A program made the translations under genes and the position numbers. The notes below the pieces were generated by a model, which was given only the letters and a program-made list of their open reading frames with translations, was not told the origin of the DNA and ran no database searches. From the NCBI RefSeq assembly GCF_036321535.1, contig NC_087437.1:9550001-9614000 (forward strand): a stretch of 64,000 nt of DNA, given 5' to 3'. Numbering within the stretch: the stretch's first letter is position 1; every line of letters begins with the position of its first letter. Origin of the DNA: Camelus dromedarius (taxonomy: Eukaryota). Below, piece by piece: positions 50,051-62,561 of the stretch.

Positions 50051-51504
50051 TTTAATATAAATCAAAAGGTAAAACCTCTGTAGGTAATATTCTGCTACTT
50101 GAAGGCAATGAAACAAACTCTATCATAAAAGAACAAAGAAAATTAAAGTATTTGGAAAGTAATAAAGGTATCCTGGCTAGATATTATCAACTTAAGTAAT
50201 GAATCTTGTGTATACATTTCTGTAGTATTTGAACCTGATTTCTTATTTGATTTTTTGTTAGCTCCTTAAGCTGATCTTCATATTATTTATTTGATTTTCG
50301 GTGGGATTCCGATTCTGCACATGGCTCCTTTCCATGCATATTTGTCATTGTGCATTTATATTTAAAATATTGTATTTACACCGATAATACCTACTATATA
50401 GGTTTTAGGAAATAGAATAATCACAAAGAAGAACAAAAATGATCATATATGCCTATACCCAAAAGGAACAATTTTAACCACCGAGAATATGCTTGTATAT
50501 ACTCATTTATCTGTAGGAACACATTTTTCTAGGATAGCGTGTATATGCTTTGTAATTTTAACACTCTACTGTTAGTCTTTTCAAGTAATTAAACATTCTC
50601 TGCAAAAGCAATTTTGATTGTTTCATACTAACTATTGTAAAGACCTACAACAATTTATCTACCCAGTCATTTTTGTGTGTGATATTTGGGTATTGGAAGA
50701 AATGATTATGGTGATTGTTATTAGGTTTGGTTCTTTTATTCAGGAATGCAACAATCAGAATCAGTGACTTTTCCAGTGGAGTTTAATTCTAAAATTTCCT
50801 TTCTTGATGTTTCAGAAAATTGGAGGTGATTTGCCTGAATGATAAGCATTTTTATTCAAGTCAGGGAATGTATGTGAAACATTCATAATTGTCATTTTGA
50901 CACTAATGTCAATAGTTTTAGTGATTAGTGTGTCTGTCATGAAAAGCAAAATAATAACTTATGGGATTAGGTGGTTTGTGGTTAAGAAATCCTACTCATT
51001 TCTTTTGACATCTTCCCTCTCTCCCTCTTTATTCCAAAATCATTTTCTAATTCGACAATGTATTTTATTTTTCTCTTTATTGGCTGAAGTGTGTGATGTG
51101 TAAGTCATTTGATCTTCCTTTAATTTTTCATCATTTAACTTAAATTGCCAGCTTGCCATGACTTTTGACAGGGAGATCTTGTGATATTAATCAATGTCTT
51201 TATCTTCAGGCTCAGCCTTCGTTATTTATGAGCTCCAAGGTTATTTCAAATGCTTTCCCTAGATGCCAACAGCTAAGAGGAAATATTCAAATCCTTCCTA
51301 CTCCTATCAAATAAAGACAGCCTTAATTTAAAATCTCTTCACTAGCTATCAGATGGTTTTATAATGTATTAAATGCTATCAGGAACATGGTCTTCTGTAA
51401 TAACGTTTGTTTGAATGGTTGTCGCTCATATCTTGTCTTTGATAGTTTTGTTGTAAAATTGCTGAGGGATTTAGAGAATGTTGAAGAATAATGACAGCAT
51501 TTAG

Positions 51505-52150
51505 TTTTCATTCCTTCATTTTTCAACAAGTACTCATGATGGTCACCCATGATCAGGAACCAAGCTTGACACTAGGAGTTCAAAGATAGAATAATCTCAT
51601 GTTGCCCGGCACCAAGGAGGTGGGCATTCTAGCTGCAGACTTAGGCAATTACAATGATAAAGCACTTTGAAAGGTGCAACCCTGGGGGCTGGAATGTGCC
51701 ATGGAGGTGCTCTGTCTCTATTCACTAGTGTATAATGCGGGGCAAATTCATTTGCCTAAGTCAGTGGTCAAATATCTAAAATGATAATTACAACCTTACA
51801 TAACCTATGGACTTGTTGAAAGGGTTAAACAACATACTTATGCAAAGGGTTTAGCACAAACTCGGGCACACAGCGAACACTCACTAGGTGTGAATTATTA
51901 CCATGACTGGCATTGCCACCATTTTTGAGAGAATGAAATATACAGCCGTGTGAAATATCGAACCTGGAGGGGATTACACTGTTTCTTGATATGGTGAAGG
52001 CTTTGCAGGGGAGGGAATAACTGAGCTGGGGCTTTAGGGATAAGGGAGCGTTCAACTTGAAGTAAAGAAGGGAAGAGAGGACTCTTCAGCAGAGGGTCCA
52101 GCCAGAACAGAAGCCTGAAGAGGTGAAAGTACATGGCAGGGTCACCTGTG
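51505..52150. mobile_element. L2 fragments (-) with a MIR (+, about 51720-51905) between them
   Basis: TTCATTCCTTCATTTTTCAACAAGTACTCA L2 tail; TTAGCACAAACTCGGGCACACAGCGAACACTCA MIR end. Confidence 0.55.
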
Positions 52151-52216
52151 AATAATTAAAAATAGGAACCAAGTCGCTGCTGAACAAGATGGCGATGGTT
52201 ATATAAATGACTGTAT

Positions 52217-52562
52217 CAGGGTTTGGCAAAATTTTCTGTAAAGGCTGAGAGATGATATATTTCAGTCTTTGGGAGTCAAACCGTTTCTGTCACGCCTTCC
52301 CAACCCTGCACTGGTGGTGAGAAAGGAGTCACAGGTGGTGCTCAGACAAATGAGCATGACTGTGCTCCAATAAAACTTTATTTACAAAAACTCAACTGTG
52401 AATTTGATAAATTTTCATGTGTCATAAAATACTATGTTAGTCCTATTATTTTGATATTTTCCCATATTTCAAAGTATAAAGCCCATTTTTGGCTGATGGG
52501 CTGTACAAAAAACAGGCTGTGGGCTGGATTTGGACTGCAGACCCATAGTTTGTCAACCTCTA
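52217..52562 (+). mobile_element. MER58B-like hAT MITE with 8-bp TSD
   Basis: CAGGGTTTGGCAAA..CCAATAAAACTTTATTTAC..TAGTTTGTCAACC; TSD GACTGTAT (52209-52216) / GTCTGTAT (52563-52570). Confidence 0.88.
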
Positions 52563-53229
52563 GTCTGTATAGTGACGTATTGCACAGCAATTAAAAATAT
52601 TGTATCGATTTAGAAACATACATAATAGTAGACCAAAATGTACCTGCTTAATAAGTGGAAACATAAAGAAAAGACTAGGAGAAAAAGCACAAATAAGTCA
52701 ACAGTAACTTATTCTCAGTGTTACAGACGGTACCATATTAGAGTGGTTGTCATTTTTATTTTTTTCCGAATTTTCTAGACTGAGTATAAATTTTAAAATT
52801 AGAAAATACAGTTTATATATATTACTATGGACTCAAAGTTAATTGCTCAGTGGTCCAATTTGTTTTCAGTGTATGTTCATTCAAAATAAAATTCAAATAT
52901 TTAATTCCAAAATAAAAACTTAAGACCCAACAATTTTTATTTCTTTCACAATTCCTTTTACAATTTTCATTTGCATAGAGTGAAAAATGGTCAAAGATGA
53001 GTTTGAGAACTTATGTATAAAAATCTGGGTTAATATTTAGGATTTCTTTTCAAGTCTCACTTTTGTGCTTGCATGCACAACTATTCTAGGAAAGGCATAT
53101 CGGATGGTGGCAATCAGTCTTGGACATTATTGACATCTGCTTATGGATGGTGGGAGTAAATGCTGATAAATAGGAACACAAAGAAAATACAAAGGGCAGG
53201 AGGAGGATTTTAGGTAAGCATAAAATCTG

Positions 53230-54260
53230 GGAGGAAATAATTTTGGTTATCTTATCTTAAAATGCTAAAAATCAATAAACAAACTCCATAGAATCATTAA
53301 AAATGATATATGGTACTTCCTGAGAAATATAACCAATTTCACATTTATTCCTTTCCAAATATTTATGAAATCTCAGCTATGGGCTCCACATTGCTATAAT
53401 CAATGAAAATAACATTGAGACAGTCATCGTACTTAATGGGGACATTCCTGTAAATCAGCAGTGAAACAAGCATTCCCACTGCCACCATTTGCGGTCAACA
53501 TGAGCATCCCCATTGGTGTAATAACAGCTGTGAGAACAACAGCTTCAAAGGCACAAAGGTTTGCAAAAGAAAGCAACACAAATGTCACAGCTTGCCAATG
53601 CACTCTAGAAAACCCTAAGAATCTATAAATTATCAAAAACAATAGTAATCGGCACTGCAGCTAGATTCATGATCAACATAAAAGTCAATTCTGTTCTTAA
53701 ACGATGACAGTGGAGAGTTGAAAATACAATGAGAAAAGAAAGATAGCATTGCAGTAGCAACTTAAATATAAGGTGCCTTTCAATGGAGCCATAACAAAAA
53801 CTATGCAGGATCTTTACAGGGCAAAGAGTATTAAAAGACATCATAGAAGACATATATAAGTAAGGGCAATCTACATCATAAAGTGTTCATTCCCTTACAA
53901 CTGAAATATAAATTCACTTCAAATTTAATCTAAATTCTCAAACAGTCTTGTGAGGTGTTTGAGAAGATGACAGTAAAATTTGTATGGAAGACAAAAGGGC
54001 AAAGAATAACTAAGACAGTTTTTAAGATGAACTGAAATGAAGAGACTTGCTGTATCGGATGAAAGTGTTATTATAAATTCATAGGAATTTAGAGTATGTA
54101 GCATTAGTTATGAGGATAAAACAGATTAATGGCTGTAGCACAGAATGGGGAGCCCAGAAATATACTCATGTTCACTAGTGCTTAAAAAAGCTATTCAATA
54201 ATTCACCTCGGAAAGCATTATTAGAACCCTACATAACACAACACACAAATATAAAATCTC
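53230..54260 (+). mobile_element. Ancient L1M ORF2 (reverse transcriptase region) remnants
   Basis: About 53452-53502 translates as KSAVKQAFPLPPFAVNM (cf. L1 SGTRQGCPLSPLLFNI); CTAGAAAACCCTAAG = LENPK; AAATTTGTATGGAAG = KFVWK. Confidence 0.7.
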
Positions 54261-54381
54261 TCCACTCTTCTGTAGATATGTCCCTGGTAAAGGAGTAAAA
54301 GAAATCAGTTGGGCTCTGATAGTAGGTCTTTAATCTGGATTTTGGCTGAAGAGAAAGGACTATTATTGAAAGTCAATCTGA

Positions 54382-54516
54382 GGGGGAGGGTATAGCTCAA
54401 TTGATAAAGTGTATGCTTAGTATGCACGAGGTCTTGGGTTCAATCCCCAGTATCTCCATTAAGTACATAAATTAAAAAAAAAATGAATTACCCAAATTAC
54501 CCCCCCCCCAAAAAAG
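54382..54516 (+). mobile_element. tRNA-derived SINE (Vic-1-like) with TSD
   Basis: GGGGGAGGGTATAGCTCAATTG..GGTTCAATCCCCAG; perfect TSD core GTCAATCTGA (54372-54381 / 54517-54526). Confidence 0.9.
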
Positions 54517-55114
54517 GTCAATCTGATGGCATTTTTATCATTAAGTCCCAAGATTATGGGCACTCTGATTCCAGGTGCCTTAAGCTTTTGATGCCATGTC
54601 ATTCTTTTCGTAGTTAACACCTAAAATTCTCAACTAAACCATATAAGAACACAGAAGTGGGACTCACTGAAGATGCTCTCGGGAGCCCTCATTTCTTCTT
54701 CCCCCAAATGACATGGAATCAGCTCCAAGTCCTCAGGTTCCTTCTTCCTATAAAATCCTGGTTTTCTAACAAATCGACCTCCCCCTTACCTCATACAGCT
54801 GTTGTTGAGAGGAACTGTTATTCTCCTGAAGATTATGAGAGACCCTACTGAACCAGATTTGGACCAGAGTATTACCTGACTCTAGAGACACTGGGCTCCC
54901 CATGTGGCCAGTAACATGATGCTGAGAATCTGCCTGCCTTTCTTGGATGAATATTCCATGTCTTGCTTCCACTGTAGGCTATGTGACTATAGGCATTTGC
55001 CAATACTTATGGAACTGTACATTTAAGACCCACTTAATTCCTTGTATGTAAATTATATCTCATAAAAAAAAGGTTCTCAAGGAAAAAAAATAAAGTGGTA
55101 GGTAAGGGGGGGGG

Positions 55115-55225
55115 CTTGGTCAAAGAATTTTGGGAACTGTATCTTTCCACACCCATCTTTCCTCTCGGAGATTACACAGTGAACATGAATATTAAAGTCT
55201 TAATAAATGTTGCAGGAAGACTTGA
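55115..55225 (+). mobile_element. MER103C-like hAT fragment
   Basis: TTGGTCAAAGAATTTTGGGAA..CCTCTCGGAGATTACACAGTGAACATGAATATTAAAG. Confidence 0.55.
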
Positions 55226-55234
55226 GACTAGCCC

Positions 55235-55442
55235 TGTTAGTACGGCATGATGCTGGCAAAAAGACAGGCAGAGGACAAAACTGAGGCCAGAAATTAATCC
55301 TTGTATTTATAACCAATTGATTTCTGGCAGTGATGCCAAGGCAGTTCAGTGTGACAGAAGATAACCTTTCCAAAACTTGTGCTGGGAAAATTGAATATTC
55401 ATATGCAGACCATAGATTTCAATCCTTACTTCACATCTCTCT

Positions 55443-55477
<35 letters not shown>

Positions 55478-56602
55478 CTCCCAAATTTACCACAGGCCTA
55501 AATGTAAGAGGTAAACTATAAAACATGTAGGACAAAGCATAGAAGAAAATCTTCAGGATTTTTGGCGAGGCAAAGATTTCTTAGATATGACATGAAAAGC
55601 ACAATCCTTTAAAAATTTTACAATTTTGACTTCATCAAACTATAAAACATTTGTGCTTTAAATGACCACATGAAGACAAAGAAAAGCTAAGCCACACAAG
55701 GTGAGAAAATATACACAAAGTGTACTTGGGAAAGGACTTGTATGCAGACTATATAAAGAACTTTTACAACTCAATTATAAAAAGACAACCCAATTTTAAA
55801 TGTGGGCAAAGGATCTGAATATCAAAAGGAAATATACATGCGGCTAAGTGATAACCAGAGGAAGGATGCTTAACATCATTAGCAATTAGGGAAATGCAAG
55901 TTAAAACTCCAGTGAGATGATTTTTCATCTGACAGAACAGCCATGATCAAGACAGACAGCAGTAAGTGTTGGAGAGCATGCAGAGAATCTAGAACCTTCA
56001 CGCAGAGCTGGTGGGGATGGAAAATGACACAGTCATGTTAGAAAACTATTTGGCAGCTTAAAAATTAAACTTGTCAGATGACTCAGCCATTGCATTGCTG
56101 GGTATCTAGCTAAGAGAAATGAAAAGCACATGCCTGTACAAAGATGAGTATGCAAATGCACATTACAGTGTTGTTTATAATAACCCAAAGTTGAAACAAT
56201 CCAAAATTTCCATCACCTGGTGAGTGGATAAACAAAATATTTTTGATTCTATCCATACATGATTCAGCAATAAATAGAAACATACTACAAATTGGATGAA
56301 CCTCCAAATCACTATGCTACTGAAAGATGCCCAGATGGAAAGGCACACACATTGTATGATTTCATTTATATGAAAATCTGTGGAGAAAGAGAGAACATAT
56401 TGGTTGTTCCCTTGGGCTGGGAGGGCGAGCGGGAATTGACAGCAACAGACAAGAGGGGTATTTTGGGGATGAAAGAAATGTTCAAACTGTACTGTGCTGA
56501 TGTTTGCAGAATTCTGTAAATGTACTAAAAGTCACGGGATTGTAGACTTAAATGGGTGAATTTTACGGTATGCAAATTATGCCTTAATAAAGCTGTTAAA
56601 AA
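55235..56602 (+). mobile_element. L1MB-type element, ORF2 3' part plus 3'UTR, containing (CA)n at 55446-55476
   Basis: GGCAAAGATTTCTTAGATATGACA..CATTAGCAATTAGGGAAATGCAAGTTAAAAC..AAATTATGCCTTAATAAAGCTGTTAAAAA. Confidence 0.85.
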
Positions 56603-59600
56603 CTTGAGTGTGAGTTGATCAGAGCAAAAGAGAAAAAAACCCTTTATGATACAGGAAATGACTGCCTGAGTGACGTCCCTACAGTAAACACCATAGTGAG
56701 CTGACTTGGTGAATGTCCCTAACTCGAGGCCTATGAAAGCAACGTGAAATGAAATTAGCAAAAGCAGGTTTTCCTGTCCACGATGCAGCCTTCTGACTGT
56801 GGCTTAATATGGGGACAGACTTTTTTTCACATTGCAGCTGTGGGCAGCATCCCCTTCAGACTAGCCGCAATAGGTATATCTCTCCGCCCAGCTTTTGATT
56901 AAGTGTTGAATAGCGGTGGGTTGACGTTATAATCCTTGACAAGTATCTGGAGTGCAGTCATTCCGTGAGGCTGATTAGGTGGGGAGCCACGAGCTTTCAC
57001 AGTCAATTGAGCTGAAGTCAGGATTACTCTTTTCTTGAGAAACTTAAGTAGCTTGAAAAAAAAAAACCCAGCTGCGATAGAAAACCACTCCACTTTATCT
57101 CTTGACTTTCTGGTTTCTCAAAAAGACTAGGTGAGCAAAGTCTCAAAATCACCTACAATCCAGTCGTATCTGCACTAGAAAGATGCCACAGAATAATAAC
57201 AACACACAAAACAATTTTACAGCCATACTTGTTCCTTGTCACGGCCGTGGTTAGGATTTTTCTTTTCTATTAACGCTGACAATAAGAACAACACAAGGAT
57301 TGTTTCCTGGACCAAATGTAAAGTATTTACTGAAATTGGCTTTAGGGACAGGAGGTCACAGGATTGGAGAAGACACAGGGCTTTTTCCAAACCAGGCTGG
57401 GCAAGCTTCCCCTCAGGATACAACACTCTGAATCCAATGCAAATAAAAGGAAACTTGCTGAACGCCACGTCTCTGGTCCAATACCCTGGTGTCACGCCCC
57501 CCAGGTGCTGCTGACAGTCTTTGGTTCTCTGGTTGTGACACCTGCCTTGACTTGGGGACTAAGATATTTAAATGTTTTTATGTTGTTCTTCCTCCTCTCC
57601 CTCCACACCTTAGGCTTCTCCAGATCTCTGACCGAAAGGATTGAGAAAGCTTCTTTTGTTTCTGGGGCCTTCAGAGAAATTTCTCTGATTTTGTCTAGAT
57701 TGTGGTATTTCACACACGCACTTTAATTCATAGTGCAACTCCTGTGAGCTGGTTTATAAATATATAATAAGATTAATGTAGTAACTAAAGGAGATATGAA
57801 TATAGAGAATTTTTACCCACTAACTGAAAGGCCAATGCATCTTAGCTATAATTTCCTTAGTATCTCAGGACCAAAACCATTAGATCTGTTTTGTATCCCT
57901 TGGGGCTAACCTACTGGTGTTTAACCTAGACAGGGAAAACAAAAACATAATATTTACTCTTTTTTTTTTGAGAGAAGCCAGAGAACCTTTATCAAGTTCT
58001 GTATTATGTGGCAAATACTAACAAACAGGTCTGATAAACAGGTGCCCCTCTGCCAGTGAATCTTCAAATAAATTAAATCTGATTGAGAAAGTCAAAATAT
58101 TTCCAAGTCAGTTCAAAGAAGCCTGAAAAAGTAAAATGTGAACGACTTTCATATCTCCTGGTCTCTTAAATATTAGCACGGAAGTTCTCTTAACCACTGC
58201 TTCCTCGAGTCCAAAACGGAATTAATTTTAATTCCACTTAGATTACAAGATTGATAGGAATTTTGAATGAAATAATATATATAAGGCACTCTGCAGAGTT
58301 GACTAGTGCATTGTTGGTTGTAAATTAATTATTTATTATTATTATACATAGTAACTCATTGGTAATAATAAAACTAGTTTTGGCAGAAAAAGGGCTGGAA
58401 ATGAAAAAGTAGACAGGAAATTATTTTTCAGTATTAAAGAAACCTGAGTACGTTTTTTTCAGACAAAGAAGAACCAATATTCAACATATCCTATACTTTT
58501 TTTCCTTAGCTCTAAGAGGCAGATGTTACTAGTTTTGTTGGGTCTTATTTTGAAAATCATCAGAAGACAACTATTGTATTATATTTCTCTTTTTAAATAG
58601 GGATATCTTTAAAGTGAGGAAAAATCTACCAACCTGGAACATGAAGGGCTGTACTTGGTTGAAATATGCTCTAAATTATCTATACCCTCCCAATAAGAAG
58701 TTGGTTAGAAATAATTGTTATTAGATTATCTGAGTTCCAAAAAAATCTATTTTGCTGCTTTTTAAATGACTAGCATCCATCATCAATTATTTACTCTGAG
58801 GTTTGTAATAAATCACCTTCTTAAGTATTCAGCAGCATGTAAAGATCTGGAAAAGTTTTTTTTTTTTTTTTTTTTTTTACCAGATAAGCCTTTCATGCAA
58901 TCACATATGCAGAGATTAGATGTAGCTTAAACTCTGAAGACCTAAACTATTTACTGACTCCATCATAAAGACATTAAAATATATCCATGATCAAAAATTG
59001 GCTCCAGAATGATAACACGGCATGAGGAAATCCTAGTGATATAATAGAAGAGTTCAGATTTGGGGACCAAATTGCTCCAGTTAAGAGATAATTAAACAAT
59101 TTCAGCCCGGAGGAAGGCAGATTTGGCAGGCAGCTTGACTGTACTAACAGATGAACTTGTTTTGCCAGCAAATGAGTAAACAAATCTGTTAAATATAATT
59201 AATTTGGTGTGTACACATTGTTCTTCCAATTTTTTATTTACCAAATCATTCTCGTCTCCACATAAACACAGAGGACTGATTACACAAATATTAGCTATGG
59301 CTTAAATGATGTGAGAAGGAAATTGAGTAAAACCTGGTTTTACTTCACCGTCCCATAGTGTTTGGCACATTTGCATTCTTAGTTGTATTGTCACTGTTAA
59401 GGATGCTCCTTAAATCTACACTGCAATTAATTTGCCCCATTTGTCTAATAAGTCCTCCTTATAGATGATTTATGTAGTTAAATGTGCAATTATCTAGTAA
59501 TAAATTGTTCCGAAGTAGAAGGCAGTGGAGGAGTATCTGTCCTCTGATCATGGCAAGTGTACACCATTGGTGTTAATGGATTAACAAGTCGATTTTTAGC

Positions 59601-59669
59601 ACTATACGCATCTTAAAATGATCTGCATGAGAACGCTGTTTTACTAGAACACAGATTCATCTATTTTAT

Positions 59670-59870
59670 ATAGCAAACACTTACACAGCACTGACTAAGT
59701 AACACACGTTGTTCTAAGTATTTTATTAACTCATTTATTCCCCAAATAACCACAGGATTAGGTATTAACCCCATATGATGAAGAAACCAGGACCTGGACA
59801 CGAGGTGAAGTGGTTCACTGAGGTCACAAAGCTAGGAAGTGGGTTTGAACCTAGGTAGTCCTGTCACACG
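59670..59870 (-). mobile_element. MIR
   Basis: GATGAAGAAACCAGGACC..GAGGTGAAGTGGTTCACTGAGGTCACAAAGCTAGGAAGTGG..TTTGAACCTAGG. Confidence 0.7.
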
Positions 59871-60939
59871 ACGTGGCTGGTACTTTCAGCCTTGTCCCCT
59901 TAGAGTTCCTTTCAGAACTGTGCACTTGAGAGGTTTGCTGACCAAATACAACTTCTCGCCGGTCTACTTTCTCGGACAGACTCCAAATTGCTTGTGTGTG
60001 GCCTTTAGGTAGTGGCCTTTCTAAGCACAGAATGAAGACTATCAGGGAAGACTCAGATTTCCTAAGAGATCAGTCTCAGCAGAGCAAAGTTAAACATTCC
60101 CCTTCCAAGAGGTTAAACTCTATTAACTTTTCACCTGTTATAGGTTCTTAGATGTAAAATATGTACGAATACAAAAGGTGGAACAGACATTGGGCCTGAG
60201 TCTCAGCTCTAATTTGCCACCTTGTTCTCAGCTGGGCACACTCCACAGGAGAACCTTCTCTTGCTGGCTCTTGACCTATAAGTGTCCTAGGAACCCACAC
60301 CATGTGATGTCTTGGAAATTGTCACAACACAGTGTCAACAGAATTTGGTTTATTTGAGTTGAATCAGGTCTGAAAGGACCCTGAATGTTGAGTTTGAGGT
60401 GTTCAGTCTGAATGTAAAAGCCTAGGGGGCCACGAAGATTCTAGGAGAGAGAAATGACAGCTGGAAGCTATGCCTTTGGACCAGTCTGTTGAAAGGGGCA
60501 GAATGAACTGGAGTAGGTCATAGCCTGGCCAGGGGGACCAGTTACACAGGAAACTTGGGTTAGGAGGCCAGAAAGGGAAGACAAGGTGGAGAGACAGGAA
60601 CAAAATTATTCCAGAGCTTCAAGTGTGGGTCACTCGAGGACCATCCTTTGATTCACATCAGCAGATGGAAAGAATCTCTTTTGGGAAGAGAAGGAAAGGG
60701 TGGTGGCCTAGAGTTGGAAGAGAGAAAATCAATGTGACTTTTGAATAACACACATACAGGCTTATTTCAATCATCACTTAGCATCACAAGGCTAAAAATC
60801 CTCAAGCTTTGTAAAAGTGGAACTTAGTTGAGATTTTTTTTTTTGGCTATGTCAACCTTGGTCTGGATAGAGAAGCTTTTCTCTCTCTTTTTTTTTTTTT
60901 TTTACCAATTCCCTCACTGTAACTGTCTAGGAGGGAATC

Positions 60940-61165
60940 AATCTAAAGTGGTCCCTCCTACTACTTTCTCGTGAAGCCCCTATGGTTTTCTTCTCAGCAT
61001 TTATCATAATTTGTAATTATATACTCATTTATATGTTTGCTTGTTAAATGCCTGTTTCCTCCACGAGACTGAAATCTTCATGAAGCCCTGCACTTTATCT
61101 CCTTTTACAGCAATGTATGCTCAGTTATTAGCAGAGTTTTGGGCACAAGGTAAATAAACAAATGA
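60940..61165 (+). mobile_element. L2 3' end
   Basis: TTCTCAGCATTTATCATAATTTGTAATTAT..TGCCTGTTTCCTCCACGAGACTG..GGCACA. Confidence 0.65.
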
Positions 61166-62269
61166 TCCAAATCCCTTCCCCTCACTAAAAGTCAAGAATT
61201 TAAAAATCCTGTAGGTTGAAAAAGGTAATTACTAAGGTAATAACCTGAGAGACGCATTCATTTTGCTGTTAAAAAAAATGACATCAAAGTCTGTAAATTT
61301 CCTGGACTCTTATTAGAAATCAAAGATGAGGAATAGTTGCAGGAAGGTGAGCAGTGAATTGCCACGTGTAAACATCCTCCTTCCAAGTGGTTAAACTCTA
61401 TTAGCATTTCAACCATTCCAGGATCTTGGATGTAAAGTATTTGTGAATACAAAAGGTGGTAATGTGACAGTGTAATAAGGAGAGAGAAAAGCACTCCTCT
61501 GGAACAGAGAGACTAACATTACAGCTAACAGAAGAGAGCCTCCCAGCTGGGATGCTGCAAGAAAGAAAAATACTTCTTGAAATGCAGGGGAAAAAATTTG
61601 TGTTCATAAAAGTTCAAATACTTCAATCAAAGTATAGTACGGCATACACTAATTTTTTTCACAGATGAAAGACCCAAAGAAAGTAAGCTTTAAAAAAACC
61701 AAAGTACAATAAAGGTCTGTGATCCAGAACATCTTCAATCACAGCCTCTTATTCAGCTCTGTCATCTAATTTCACCATTCTCCACTCCACTGCCTTTGAC
61801 CTTCGGAGAACAATAATGCCAATGACTTTTACAGTTACTTGCCTCATTGTCCCACTGTAATTGAGTTCACCTGAGGACCTGTTTGACATTGCATTAATAA
61901 TTGTTTGTGCTAGAGGTATTTCAGCCACACTAATAAGTCTTTGTAAAATCTAATCAAAGAAACTTAAAGGATGTTTTGCGTCATTGATGATGAAGCCTCT
62001 TCAACTGTATTGAATTTCTCACTATTATGTGGATTTCAAAAAAGTATTTATCATTACACTTATGTTTAGAAATAAAAACACAAAGGACGTTGGTCCTTTA
62101 TTATGTTCTTTTGTCTTGAAATTGAAGGGAAATTTTTCCCCATAAGTGTTCTCACAGTTTGATATTAATGAGTAAACAAGTAGTGTTTTCCTTTTGATGA
62201 AGAATAAAATATGCATCCTGATTTTCATTGTTTTATACATATTCTCAAAGTTCTTATCATCCCAACATT

Positions 62270-62550
62270 CTCTTAATATATATTCAATATAAACTGTATA
62301 AACTATAAACTATATATATACATAACTATGTATATATATATAATTTAATATAGTTATATAGTTTTATATATGTATATATTTTATATGGTTATATATTTAT
62401 ATATAAGTATATAAAACTTATATATAGTTTACAAACTACCTACATAATTTATATTTAACATAAATATTTATATAGTTTATATGTAACATAAATAAAACGA
62501 TATTATAGTTTTTATATAAAACTATAAACAGCTTAAAGTAGTCCCTATAA
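62270..62550. repeat. AT-rich low-complexity (TA/TATAAAAC) tract
   Basis: Almost pure A/T with repeated ATATAAAAC/GTTTTATAT motifs. Confidence 0.85.
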
Positions 62551-62561
62551 AACTAGCATAT

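Noticed and set aside
57364..57726. Overlapping 70-120-aa ORFs on both strands
   Set aside because: No recognisable protein features; consistent with chance ORFs in slightly GC-richer DNA
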